Assembly: GCA_963778655.1 (NCBI GenBank)
Contig: CAVZVA010000005.1
Coordinates: forward strand, 1-64,000
Reading direction: 5' to 3'
Length of the DNA: 64,000 nucleotides
From: an uncultured delta proteobacterium
Lineage (GTDB): Bacteria; Myxococcota_A; Polyangia; Polyangiales; JAFGIB01
This document shows positions 24,286-32,918 of the stretch, in pieces. Position 1 is the stretch's first letter, and each line of letters starts with the position of its first letter. The notes beneath the pieces were generated by a model, which ran no database searches, was not told where the DNA came from, and saw nothing but the letters and a program-made list of their open reading frames with translations. Made by a program: the position numbers and the translations under genes.

Positions 24286-25455
24286 ATGACTCGGCAAGCG
24301 TGTAAGCGATGGCTCCGATCGGGCGGCGCGTTCGCGTTGTTCGGCGCGGTGACGCTCGGTTCTCTGGCGTCGAGCGCGCGTGCCGACGACGAGCAAGTGG
24401 TCCACCGACTAACCAAGTACGGCAAGCTCTCGAGCTCGCAAGCGCATCAGGTGATCCAGGAGGTCACCGGCCGCATGAAGCGCGCCGCGGACATCACCAG
24501 CTCCACCGACCCGCTGCGGATGGCGGTGAGCAACGCGCTCTTCCACACCTCGGTGCCGCCGGACACGATGTCCTCGGCCAAGGTCAGGCTGCGACTCTAC
24601 GCGGGCCTCAACCACTGGGCGCTCGAGAACCTGTTCGCGCCTCGACCGGGCGCGATGATGACCTGCACCACGCAGTTCGGGCTCGGCCAACAGCAGTGCG
24701 AGGCGCTGCTGGCGGCCGGCGGCAACACCTCGCCGGCCGAAGCGGCTCGGCTGGGTGCGGGCATGCCGATCGGCGGGGGCGCACCGGCCGGTGGCGGCTA
24801 CGCCCAGCCCGCATATGGCCAGGCGGCCCCCGCGTATGGCGGTTTCAACCAACCCTCGCGCTTCGGCAGCTACAACTCCGGCTACGCGGTGCAGCGGCCC
24901 GTGCAGCGCTACGGGGCCTACGGGGCGCGGCCGGCAGCCGCGCCTGCCTGGAACGCGCGTGCGGCGGCTCCGGCGCAGAACGCGTGGGCGGCTCGACCCG
25001 CGGCCGCGCCGCAGCCCGTGGCGGCGCCGCGACCAATGGTCGCACCGCGGCCGATGGCGCCGCCTCCGCCCAATCCCGCGGTGGTGGCCAACCGCAAGGC
25101 GGCCTACGAGGCGCGGCGCCAAGCGTATCTGGAGCGCCAGCGTCAGGAGATGGAAGCGCGCAAGGCCAAGATCCTGAACAGCACGGAGGGCACCACGCCG
25201 GTCCAGCGCGGTCCCTCGAGCGCGGATGAAGCGGCGGTCGCTGGCCTGAGCGCGGACACGGTCGCCAAGCCCGTGCCCGCCGCGGCGGCCAAGTCGCCCG
25301 CCAAGAGCGCGGCAGCCCCGGCGGCCGTGGCCAGCGCGGCAGCGCCCGCCTCAGCCGAAGCCGCGCCTGCGGCGCCGGCCAAGAGCAGCAAGGGTACGCT
25401 CGACAACGACTTCCTGTCGGGTCTGATGGACGACCCGCTGGGCAAGAACAAGTAG
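24286..25455 (+). CDS. Secreted hypothetical protein with low-complexity C-terminal half
   Basis: GGAGGAG RBS at 24271; signal peptide ending SARA-D; strong GC3 bias; Gly/Tyr- then Ala/Pro-rich tracts. Confidence 0.7.
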   Translation: MTRQACKRWLRSGGAFALFGAVTLGSLASSARADDEQVVHRLTKYGKLSSSQAHQVIQEVTGRMKRAADITSSTDPLRMAVSNALFHTSVPPDTMSSAKVRLRLYAGLNHWALENLFAPRPGAMMTCTTQFGLGQQQCEALLAAGGNTSPAEAARLGAGMPIGGGAPAGGGYAQPAYGQAAPAYGGFNQPSRFGSYNSGYAVQRPVQRYGAYGARPAAAPAWNARAAAPAQNAWAARPAAAPQPVAAPRPMVAPRPMAPPPPNPAVVANRKAAYEARRQAYLERQRQEMEARKAKILNSTEGTTPVQRGPSSADEAAVAGLSADTVAKPVPAAAAKSPAKSAAAPAAVASAAAPASAEAAPAAPAKSSKGTLDNDFLSGLMDDPLGKNK

Positions 25456-25469
25456 CTCGCTGCGCAAGC

Positions 25470-25718
25470 GCTCAGCGCCGCGCCGGGCTCAGCAGCCAAG
25501 GTCGAGGTCCAGCACCACGCTCGGGTGGTAGCGGGCGCGCCCGTCCTTCCCGAGCTTCAGCGGGATCGACTCGCCGGGCGGGGTCGGCGTTCTTGAGGGC
25601 GACCAGGCGCGGGCGCAGCGCGCCGACGTCGCTGCGGCCGGGCAGGACGGCCCGCTCCAGCACGTCGCTGCAGGCGTAGATGGTGTCGCCTGCGAAGGTC
25701 GGACTGCTTTGGGCGCCG
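25470..25718 (-). repeat. Degenerate duplicate of the mch 3' end (left boundary of island)
   Basis: Aligns by eye with 32917-33165 in the same orientation (PTFAGDTIYA...DVGALR...LVALKNADP), with substitutions and small indels. Confidence 0.92.
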
Positions 25719-25720
25719 CT

Positions 25721-25941
25721 ATTCGCCAGGAGCAGCTGTCCGAGGTGGTAGCGCTTGGCGAGCGATATCTTCGGGAGCTCGTCCGCGAGCGCGTCGCGCA
25801 CTATCATGGAGAAACACTCCTCAAGCCCTCGACGACCGGCTGATGGAGCAGTCGGAGGACGAGATGGCAGCGACCGGGCGCGTTCTGCGCTGCAAGCGCC
25901 TTGGCGGCGCGCTCAACTTCTACTATCGGACGGCCGCGTGA
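25721..25941 (+). pseudogene. C-terminal remnant of an integrase-core (rve) transposase
   Basis: Translates IRQEQLSEVVALGERYLRELVRERVAHYHGE, then after a frameshift QALDDRL...GRVLRCKRLGGALNFYYRTAA*. This matches the HYHxERxHQ...RLGGLLxYY tail of this family. Confidence 0.75.
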
Positions 25942-26050
25942 GCGCGCGATTGCAGGGACACCACGGCATCCCCAGCGAGACTTGACACACATGGACGCGG
26001 GGCAGGGTCAACGACGGCAACGCGCGCCCACGCTTCCGAAAGGCACAGTC

Positions 26051-26305
26051 ATGGTAAAGCTACCGAACATCGAAATCGGCTTTCAGGTCTTTGTTTCCGA
26101 CCGAGACGAAGAAGTCGGCGCCGTCCGCATGGTCGCTCCCTTCGGGCGCCCGGAGCTCGAGATCTACGTAGAGAACGCCGGTGAGTTTGTGGTCCCGCTT
26201 GCCGTCGTTGCGAGCGTTCACGACGGCAAGGTCGTGCTCGAGTGCAACAAGCTCGATGCAAAGCTTCGCCGGGCGATCGGCCACGCCCACGACCGCGAGG
26301 AATAG
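26051..26305 (+). CDS. Small hypothetical protein (possibly PRC-barrel-like)
   Basis: 84 aa, beta-rich: IGFQVFVSD..EVGAVR..IYVENAGEFVVPL..IGHAHDREE. Confidence 0.7.
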   Translation: MVKLPNIEIGFQVFVSDRDEEVGAVRMVAPFGRPELEIYVENAGEFVVPLAVVASVHDGKVVLECNKLDAKLRRAIGHAHDREE

Positions 26306-26676
26306 CCCGCATCAGGCTGCTCAAGGTTCCTGGATCCTCAGGGCTGGCGGCAAGCGTCAGAGGGACCTTCTCCGGGTGGCACGCCGCACCACCCTGCACT
26401 GGTCGCATGCCGGGGTGGCGCCCAACGACGGCATGCCGCTGTCGTAGGCACGCGGGACGACAGGGTCTGGTTCTCGTACTGATCGCCGGGCGCTGATTTG
26501 GCAGGCCAGAGCCTGCTTTCTTCACGAGGGGCGGAGCGTCGGCCTTGCGGCCCCGCCCCGGCGGAATGAATCCGCCGGGGCCCTCCCCACGCGGGGTCGC
26601 GTTCCGCGGCAAATCTCGAACCAAACGTGATCGCTGCTCAGCACGAGATCCACACCCGGACGACGACACGAGTTGT

Positions 26677-26976
26677 TCAGCGATTCCCCTCCTTACGGGC
26701 CTCGCCCTTGAGCTCCTTGGCTTTGCCTTCGAGCTCCATCTGCTCGCTGCCGACCAACGAGCCGACGACCTGCTTGGCTTTGCCCGCAACCTCATCGATG
26801 CGCCCCTTGGTGCGTTCCGCGGCCTTCGCAACCCCCTGCTTCGCCTCGCCCTTGAGCTCCTTGGCTTTGCCCTCGGTCTCCATCCGCTCATTGCCGGTCA
26901 GGCTGCCCAAGGCACCCTTGACCTTGCCAGCGATCTCGTCGGCTTTGCCCTCTACCCGCTTGCTTGTATTGCCCAT
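26677..26976 (-). CDS. CsbD-family stress protein (two tandem units)
   Basis: EGKADEIAGKVKGALGSLTGNERMETEGK pattern present twice. Confidence 0.85.
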   Translation of the reverse strand: MGNTSKRVEGKADEIAGKVKGALGSLTGNERMETEGKAKELKGEAKQGVAKAAERTKGRIDEVAGKAKQVVGSLVGSEQMELEGKAKELKGEARKEGNR

Positions 26977-27319
26977 GACCGGATCCTTTCGATGACGCCG
27001 CCAGCGGCTGCGCTCTCGTTGTGCTTGGGAGAGGCTGCAATCTCCATGCCACGCAATCGGCGCCGCGAGCACGCGACCTGACTCTGTACGGAACGCCGCG
27101 CCGGGCACCCTCACGGTGTGGCGAAAATGCCGAGTGGGAACGATTTGCAGCGCCTCTCACGAAGAACCCTCGTCAGAACCACGCTCCGGAAGCGCTGGCT
27201 CGATGTTTGCGACTCGATGTTTGCGAAGTGAGGCGAGCACGGATGGCGGTTCCCGAAGCCGACAGCCGTGAGCACACAAAGCCGACGCGCTGCAGCGCGT
27301 CATGTCGGAGAACCACACC

Positions 27320-27901
27320 ATGAATTGCTCCAAGATGACGATGTTCGTAGCGTCGGTGCTATTCGTAGCGGCCGGTTGCAGCCGCTCACCGGAAGACGCG
27401 CAAGACAACGCAAACCAAGCGCAGCAGACGGCGACCAACAAGGCCGCGGAAGCGAGCGAGGACTTGAGCAAGAAGACGGCCGAAGCGCAAGGCAAGGCCA
27501 CAGACGACATCGCGAAGGCGCAGCGCGAAGCGAACGAAATAACCGCTACGGCGCAAACAAAGGCCAACGAAGAAATTCGCGCGGCGAATCTCGATATCGC
27601 GAAGGCGCGCAACGACTTCCGTGAGTGGTGTCAGAAGCAAGCGAATGAGGTCGACAACCTGCTCGATCAGGCGCGTTCGGCGGCCCAGAAGCTTACCCCG
27701 GCGGCGCGCGTGCAGTTCGACACCAGCATTCACGACCTCGAGCTTCGTCGCGATGACCTGCGTGGGCAGGTCCAGAGCATGGAAAGCCAGACCGCGGCGG
27801 GCTGGTCCGACTACAAGGCCCGGATCGAAACCCGATTCGACGAATTGAAAGCGAGCATCAAGAACCTGCCCGCCTCAGAAGCTGCCCACGCCCGCAAGTA
27901 A
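27320..27901 (+). CDS. Coiled-coil, LEA-like lipoprotein
   Basis: Lipobox VAAGC followed by Ala/Gln/Lys/Thr-rich helical repeats; GGAG upstream. Confidence 0.75.
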   Translation: MNCSKMTMFVASVLFVAAGCSRSPEDAQDNANQAQQTATNKAAEASEDLSKKTAEAQGKATDDIAKAQREANEITATAQTKANEEIRAANLDIAKARNDFREWCQKQANEVDNLLDQARSAAQKLTPAARVQFDTSIHDLELRRDDLRGQVQSMESQTAAGWSDYKARIETRFDELKASIKNLPASEAAHARK

Positions 27902-28436
27902 GGCGAGGCTTCCTCGCGCTGCCCGCTGACTGGCCACGCCGAAACGCCACGCTGGGGCGCTCAGGTTCGACGAGTCCGGTCGCGCGAGGGCCCAGGGCCC
28001 GCTGCTGGACAGCTGCGCGCAAGGGGGGCTGAGCAGCGACGATCTGTGGAACGCGTTTGAGAAGCGGCCCGGAGTTGGCGCTCCGAGCCCTCTCTCGGGG
28101 ATCATCTGCTAGCGCGCTTTCTCCGCGGGGTTGCGGGTGTCGTTGGAGGCGAGCCCGCTCAATAGCCTCGAGGACTCGATCGCCGCGGGCTTAGACCCCG
28201 GGTGGATCGGCAACCAGAAACAGACCGGCCCGGGGCTCGGCAAAGCGCGTCATGCGTCGTGGTGTACGGGCACGAAAACGTGCACAGGGACGGGCACGCG
28301 TACGAGACGAGTCGTGAGCTTTGGTTTTGCATTCAAACGATCCACGCTCGCGCGGCGGCACCGCTAGCGACGCTGGGGCGGTCAAATTGGCAAGTGGCTG
28401 GACTCGTGCGCGCATTCTGCTACCAGCACGGCCACG

Positions 28437-30368
28437 ATGGCGTTGACCGAGTATGCATCCTTGCTTGCCCCCGAGTTGTTGGCCGCGATCGAGCGCAAGG
28501 GGTACAGCGAGCTGACTGCGGTGCAGCGCGCCGTGCTCGGCGACAAGTTGAGCGGGCGTGACCTTCGCATCACCTCGCAGACTGGTTCGGGCAAGACGAT
28601 CGCGATCGGGCTCATCTTGCGTTCGGTCGTCACTGAACCGGCAGTGGTGACCTCGGGCATCGCGCGGCCGCGCGCCATCGTGATCGCGCCGACGCGCGAG
28701 CTGGCGCATCAAGTCCAAGAAGAGCTCTCGTGGTTGTACGCCGAGAGCGGCGTCCGTCTCGCGACCACCACGGGCGGCGCCAGTTATCGTGACGAGCTGC
28801 GCGCGCTCGCAAAAGCTCCTGCGGTCGTGGTCGGCACGCCCGGCCGCTTGCTCGATCACCTGAAGCGCGGCTCGATCGACGCGAGCGCAGTCGCCGCGGT
28901 GGTTTTGGACGAAGCCGATCGCATGCTCGAGCTGGGTTTTCGCGAAGATCTCGAGGCGATCTTTCAGACGCTGCCCGAAGCGCGCTTGACCCACTTGGTC
29001 TCGGCCACCTTCCCGCGGATGGTGCGTTCGCTCGCCGACGCGGTGCAGAACGAACCCGCGCATGTCGAGGGCACGCGGCTCGGAGCGGCGAACGCCGACA
29101 TTGACCACGTGATCCACATCGTCGAGTCGCGCGAGCGCTTGGCTGCGATCATCAACTTGTTGCTCGCGCACCCGGAGGATCAGACGCTGGTGTTCGTGCG
29201 CACGCGCGCCGATGCCGGGCACCTCGCCAACGAGTTGGTCGTGAGCGGCTTCGCAGCGAGCGGTCTGTCGGGCGAGATGGAGCAAGCCGCGCGCACGCGC
29301 ACGCTGTCGGCGTTTCGGCAAGGGGGACTGCGCGCGCTGATCGCGACCGATGTCGCAGCGCGCGGCATCGACGTGCAGGACGTGGCCCGCGTCATTCATG
29401 CCGAGCTGCCGACCAACGCCGACGCGTACACTCACCGCAGCGGGCGGACCGGCCGCGCGGGACGGCGCGGTACCAGTGCCTTGTTGGTTGCGCCGGCGGC
29501 CGTCGTGCACGCCACGCGCTTGTTGCGCGGCCTAGGCATCCAGCACCGCTTCGAAGCGATTCCGACCGCCGAGCAGATCAAGCGTGCAGACGACGAGCGC
29601 GTGCTGGCCGAGCTCACGCAGCAGAGTGAGGAGGTCAAGGCGGAGGAGCAACGCTGGCAGGCGCTGGCGGAGCGCTTGGTCGCTGCCGGATCGATCGAGC
29701 GCACGCTGAGTCGCCTGCTGGCGCGCTCGCAGAAGACCTGCGCGCAGCCGCGTGAGGTCCGCAACTTCAGTGAGCGCCCGGCGCGCGATCGCGGTCGCAA
29801 AGGCCAGCGTTTCGAGGGCCGAGGCTCGCGCGACGACCGACCGAGCAGGCCGCGTTGCGACCGCGGCGCCTCGCGCGAGGATCGCCCGCGCTACGATGCG
29901 CCCGGTCCGCGCGATGATCGATCGAGAGTCGAACGCCAGGCCGGGCCGGGCGCGGCACCGCGCGGCGACAACGGCACCGCGCGGACCGGCGCTGCCGCCC
30001 GCAGCTTCACGCCCTTTCGTGTGTCGTGGGGGCAGCTCAAGGGCGCGGATGCACGCCGCTTGTTGGCCGTGGTCTGCCGGCGCGGAGACATTCGTGGACG
30101 GGATGTCGGTGCGATCCACGTCGCGCCGACTTATGCCATCGTCGATGTCGACAGCGAGGTGGCAGAAGACTTCGCGCGGGCTGCCGCCCGACCGGATCCC
30201 CGTGAGCCGGGTGTGCTGATCCAGCGCGCGGCGGATGGCAGCGCCGGTGCGGGCAAGTCGGCTGCCGCTGCACGCGGACAAGCGCGGGACAGGTCGGCAC
30301 CGCGTCCGCCGAAACGCGCGAGGTCCGTGGCCGGCAAGCCGTTCAAGCGGCGCGCCCGCAAGCCTTGA
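28437..30368 (+). CDS. DEAD-box RNA helicase (DeaD/CsdA-like, with C-terminal DbpA-type RNA-binding domain)
   Basis: SQTGSGKT, PTRELA, TPGRL, DEAD, SAT, ARGID, HRSGRTGRAG motifs. Confidence 0.93.
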   Translation: MALTEYASLLAPELLAAIERKGYSELTAVQRAVLGDKLSGRDLRITSQTGSGKTIAIGLILRSVVTEPAVVTSGIARPRAIVIAPTRELAHQVQEELSWLYAESGVRLATTTGGASYRDELRALAKAPAVVVGTPGRLLDHLKRGSIDASAVAAVVLDEADRMLELGFREDLEAIFQTLPEARLTHLVSATFPRMVRSLADAVQNEPAHVEGTRLGAANADIDHVIHIVESRERLAAIINLLLAHPEDQTLVFVRTRADAGHLANELVVSGFAASGLSGEMEQAARTRTLSAFRQGGLRALIATDVAARGIDVQDVARVIHAELPTNADAYTHRSGRTGRAGRRGTSALLVAPAAVVHATRLLRGLGIQHRFEAIPTAEQIKRADDERVLAELTQQSEEVKAEEQRWQALAERLVAAGSIERTLSRLLARSQKTCAQPREVRNFSERPARDRGRKGQRFEGRGSRDDRPSRPRCDRGASREDRPRYDAPGPRDDRSRVERQAGPGAAPRGDNGTARTGAAARSFTPFRVSWGQLKGADARRLLAVVCRRGDIRGRDVGAIHVAPTYAIVDVDSEVAEDFARAAARPDPREPGVLIQRAADGSAGAGKSAAAARGQARDRSAPRPPKRARSVAGKPFKRRARKP

Positions 30369-30594
30369 GCGGCCAGCGGGGCGCGTCGAGCGCGGCGCCT
30401 GCTTCTTCGCGCGTGCCGTTCGCGGGCCAAATCGCAATGCGCAAGCCGAGCCCCAAGTCCAACAGTGAAGGTGCGCGGTCGACGCTGGCGATCTTCAGGC
30501 GGAGCTCGCCGGTCGCGCGCCCGCAGCGCACCGGACGTTGAGGGTGGCGCAGGCGGCCCGGCAGAACGCTACCGCGCGCAGTCCGACAACCCGA

Positions 30595-30840
30595 TTACGC
30601 CGCTTGGCGCAGCGGCGGCGGGTAGGTGCCTTCGGGAAGATGCGTCATGCGCCGGCCCCGCCGGAAGCGCTCCGAGCACGCGCCGTAGCCGGCCAAGCCT
30701 TCCATCATCGCGCGCGTGCGCTGCTGGCGAGCTTGTGGGGCACCGAACATATACGGCCGCTTGCGGAACGAGGGGTGTTTGGGGCGCGCGTCGAAGCCCG
30801 CATACACGACCTGCTCGACAGCCGCCCATAAGGACCCCGG
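30595..30840 (-). pseudogene. Possible C-terminal remnant of a RAYT/Y1-like transposase
   Basis: ...FDARPKHP..RKRP...LAGYGACSERFRRGRRMTHLPEGTYPPP resembles, from recall, the Y.AS..FR.G.....FP.GT.P tail of myxobacterial REP-associated transposase-like proteins. Confidence 0.35.
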
Positions 30841-30995
30841 CCTGCCGCTGGCCCGCAAATCGTCCCCCCTCCGCCGTATCGGACTTGCTTGGCTTCGGCG
30901 TAAAGGCGCGGCCGATGTCGAGGCGAGCCGCAGTGGCCAATTTCGCGATGAATGCGTGACTTTCAGAGGCCTGTGTTGGAGGCTGTAGCGGTAGT

Positions 30996-32030
30996 TTGCA
31001 GGTGAATGCATTGGCCTCGGTTTCGACCCCAGATGCCGGACGATCGACCTCCGGATTGTTGATCGTCATCCTGAACTACCGCACGGCGGACTTGGCGATC
31101 GCTTGCCTGCGTTCGCTCGCGCGCGAGGTCCCTTCGTTGGCACCGGTCGAGGTCGTGGTGACCGACAACGCGTCCGGTGACGGCTCGGCGCAGCAGATCG
31201 CTGCCGCCATCAGCAGCGAGGGCTTCGGCACGTGGGCGCGCTGCGAACCGCTGCCGAAGAATGGCGGCTACGCCTACGGCAACAACGCGCCGATTCGTGC
31301 CGCGCTGGCGCGCCCTGTCCCGCCCGAGTTCGTGCTGCTCTTGAATCCCGACACCGAGTTGCGTCCGGGCGCGGTGCGCGCCCTGCTCGACTTCCTGCAA
31401 GCGCATCCGGAAGCGGGCATCGCGGGCAGCCGCCTCGAGGATCCCGACGGCACGCCTCACTACTCGGCGTTCAACTTCCCGAGCGCCTGGTCCGAGCTGG
31501 ATCGCGGCCTGCAGCTGGGCATCGTGACCCGTCTGCTCGGCAATCGCGTCGTGCAGCGCCCGATCTCCGAAGACAGCTGCGAGGTCGACTGGGTGGCCGG
31601 CGCCAGCATGTTGGTGCGTAGCCAAGTCTTCGAGCGCATCGGGCTGATCGACGAGGCGTACTTTCTGTACTTCGAAGAAGTCGACTTCTTGCTGCGCGCC
31701 AAGCGCGCCGGTTACCGCACGTACTACGTTCCGCAAAGTCGCGTGGTGCACGTCGCGGGCGCGAGCACCGGCGTCACCAACGAAAAGCAAGCCCCGCGCC
31801 GCTTGCCTGCCTACTGGTTCGATTCACGACGCCGCTACTTCTTGAAGAACCACGGCGTCTTTCATGCTGCGCTCGCCGACTCTGCGTTCTTGCTCGGCTA
31901 CACGTTGCACCGCATCCGGCGCGTGGCCCAATCCAAACCTTCGCGCGATCCACCCTTCATGGTGCGCGACTTCGTGCGTCACGGCATCTTCGGGCGAGGT
32001 GCTGCGGTCGAACCTGCCCGCATCGAATGA
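30996..32030 (+). CDS. Glycosyltransferase family 2
   Basis: VILNYR, VTDNAS, NGGYAYGNN, LLNPDT, DWVAGASML, YFEEVD. Start uncertain. Confidence 0.92.
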   Translation: MQVNALASVSTPDAGRSTSGLLIVILNYRTADLAIACLRSLAREVPSLAPVEVVVTDNASGDGSAQQIAAAISSEGFGTWARCEPLPKNGGYAYGNNAPIRAALARPVPPEFVLLLNPDTELRPGAVRALLDFLQAHPEAGIAGSRLEDPDGTPHYSAFNFPSAWSELDRGLQLGIVTRLLGNRVVQRPISEDSCEVDWVAGASMLVRSQVFERIGLIDEAYFLYFEEVDFLLRAKRAGYRTYYVPQSRVVHVAGASTGVTNEKQAPRRLPAYWFDSRRRYFLKNHGVFHAALADSAFLLGYTLHRIRRVAQSKPSRDPPFMVRDFVRHGIFGRGAAVEPARIE

Positions 32031-32599
32031 GCGGAACCGTACGAAAGGGCGAGTCCGCCCAAGTGCCGCCACGGCAAGGGCCCGCGACCCTGCGCGAGCT
32101 CTGGCAGTGCTGGGTCGAAGATTGGAAAGCGCACGCGCGCGATTCCACGCGCCCGGGCTTTCGCGCATTGGCGGTCCATCGCTTCGGCAACTACCGCATG
32201 CATTGGCCGCTGCTACCGCGCGCCGGCTTGAGCATCGGTTATCGCATGGCCTACCGCTTCGTGCGCAACCACTACGGCATCGAGCTGCCCTACAGCGCAA
32301 GGATCGGCCGCAACGTCGTGATCGAACATCAAGGCGGTGTCGTGATCCACGGCAACAGCGTGATCGGCGACGGCTGCATCTTGCGTCAGGGTGTGACGCT
32401 CGGGAATCGTCACTTGGATGCACCGTTCGACGCACCCGTGCTCGAACGGCGCGTCAACGTCGGCGCGGGTGCGAAGATCCTCGGCGGCGTGCGCATCGGC
32501 GAGAACGCCACCATCGGCGCCAACGCGGTGGTGCTGGAGGATGTCCCGCGCGATCGCACGGCGGTCGGCATCCCGGCGAAGCTACTCAAAGAACCCTGA
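32027..32599 (+). CDS. Serine O-acetyltransferase-like hexapeptide-repeat protein (polysaccharide-associated)
   Basis: GIELP, IEHQGGVVI, VGAGAKILG, IGANAVV, VGIPAK; ATGA overlap with the GT2 gene. Confidence 0.88.
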   Translation: MSGTVRKGESAQVPPRQGPATLRELWQCWVEDWKAHARDSTRPGFRALAVHRFGNYRMHWPLLPRAGLSIGYRMAYRFVRNHYGIELPYSARIGRNVVIEHQGGVVIHGNSVIGDGCILRQGVTLGNRHLDAPFDAPVLERRVNVGAGAKILGGVRIGENATIGANAVVLEDVPRDRTAVGIPAKLLKEP

Positions 32600-32918
32600 T
32601 CACCTCAGCCTCGCGAGTCATCCAACCCGCGATGGTCAGCAACAGGAACTGCAGCGACAAGCTCGACATGCGCAGACCTTACTCGAATCGGAGACCAATC
32701 CCATCACGCGCTCCGCACGGATTGCCACACGAAAAGCGCCGTGATTTCATCGCGATCCTCGGCTGACAGCATACGGGCACACCCTTGCCGGCCGGGACGC
32801 TTCCCGGAGCCCAGGGCGCCCAAGACCTGGAATCGAACCTGGAATCGCTCGCCGAGCAGGTCGCCGCCCGAGTGCTGCAAGCGCTTGCAAGGACAGGGGA
32901 AAGCTGCGCCCCCGCGGC

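Larger units (their letters stand above)
25719..32916. mobile_element. Decayed genomic island inserted at the mch 3' end
   Basis: Flanked by the ~250 bp direct repeat; contains transposase remnants; visibly more A/T-ending codons than the flanks; no intact integrase seen. Confidence 0.65.

Noticed and set aside
32785..32916. Excisionase-like fragment (LESLAEQVAARVLQAL) at the island's right end
   Set aside because: Too short and no HTH follows; cannot be supported.
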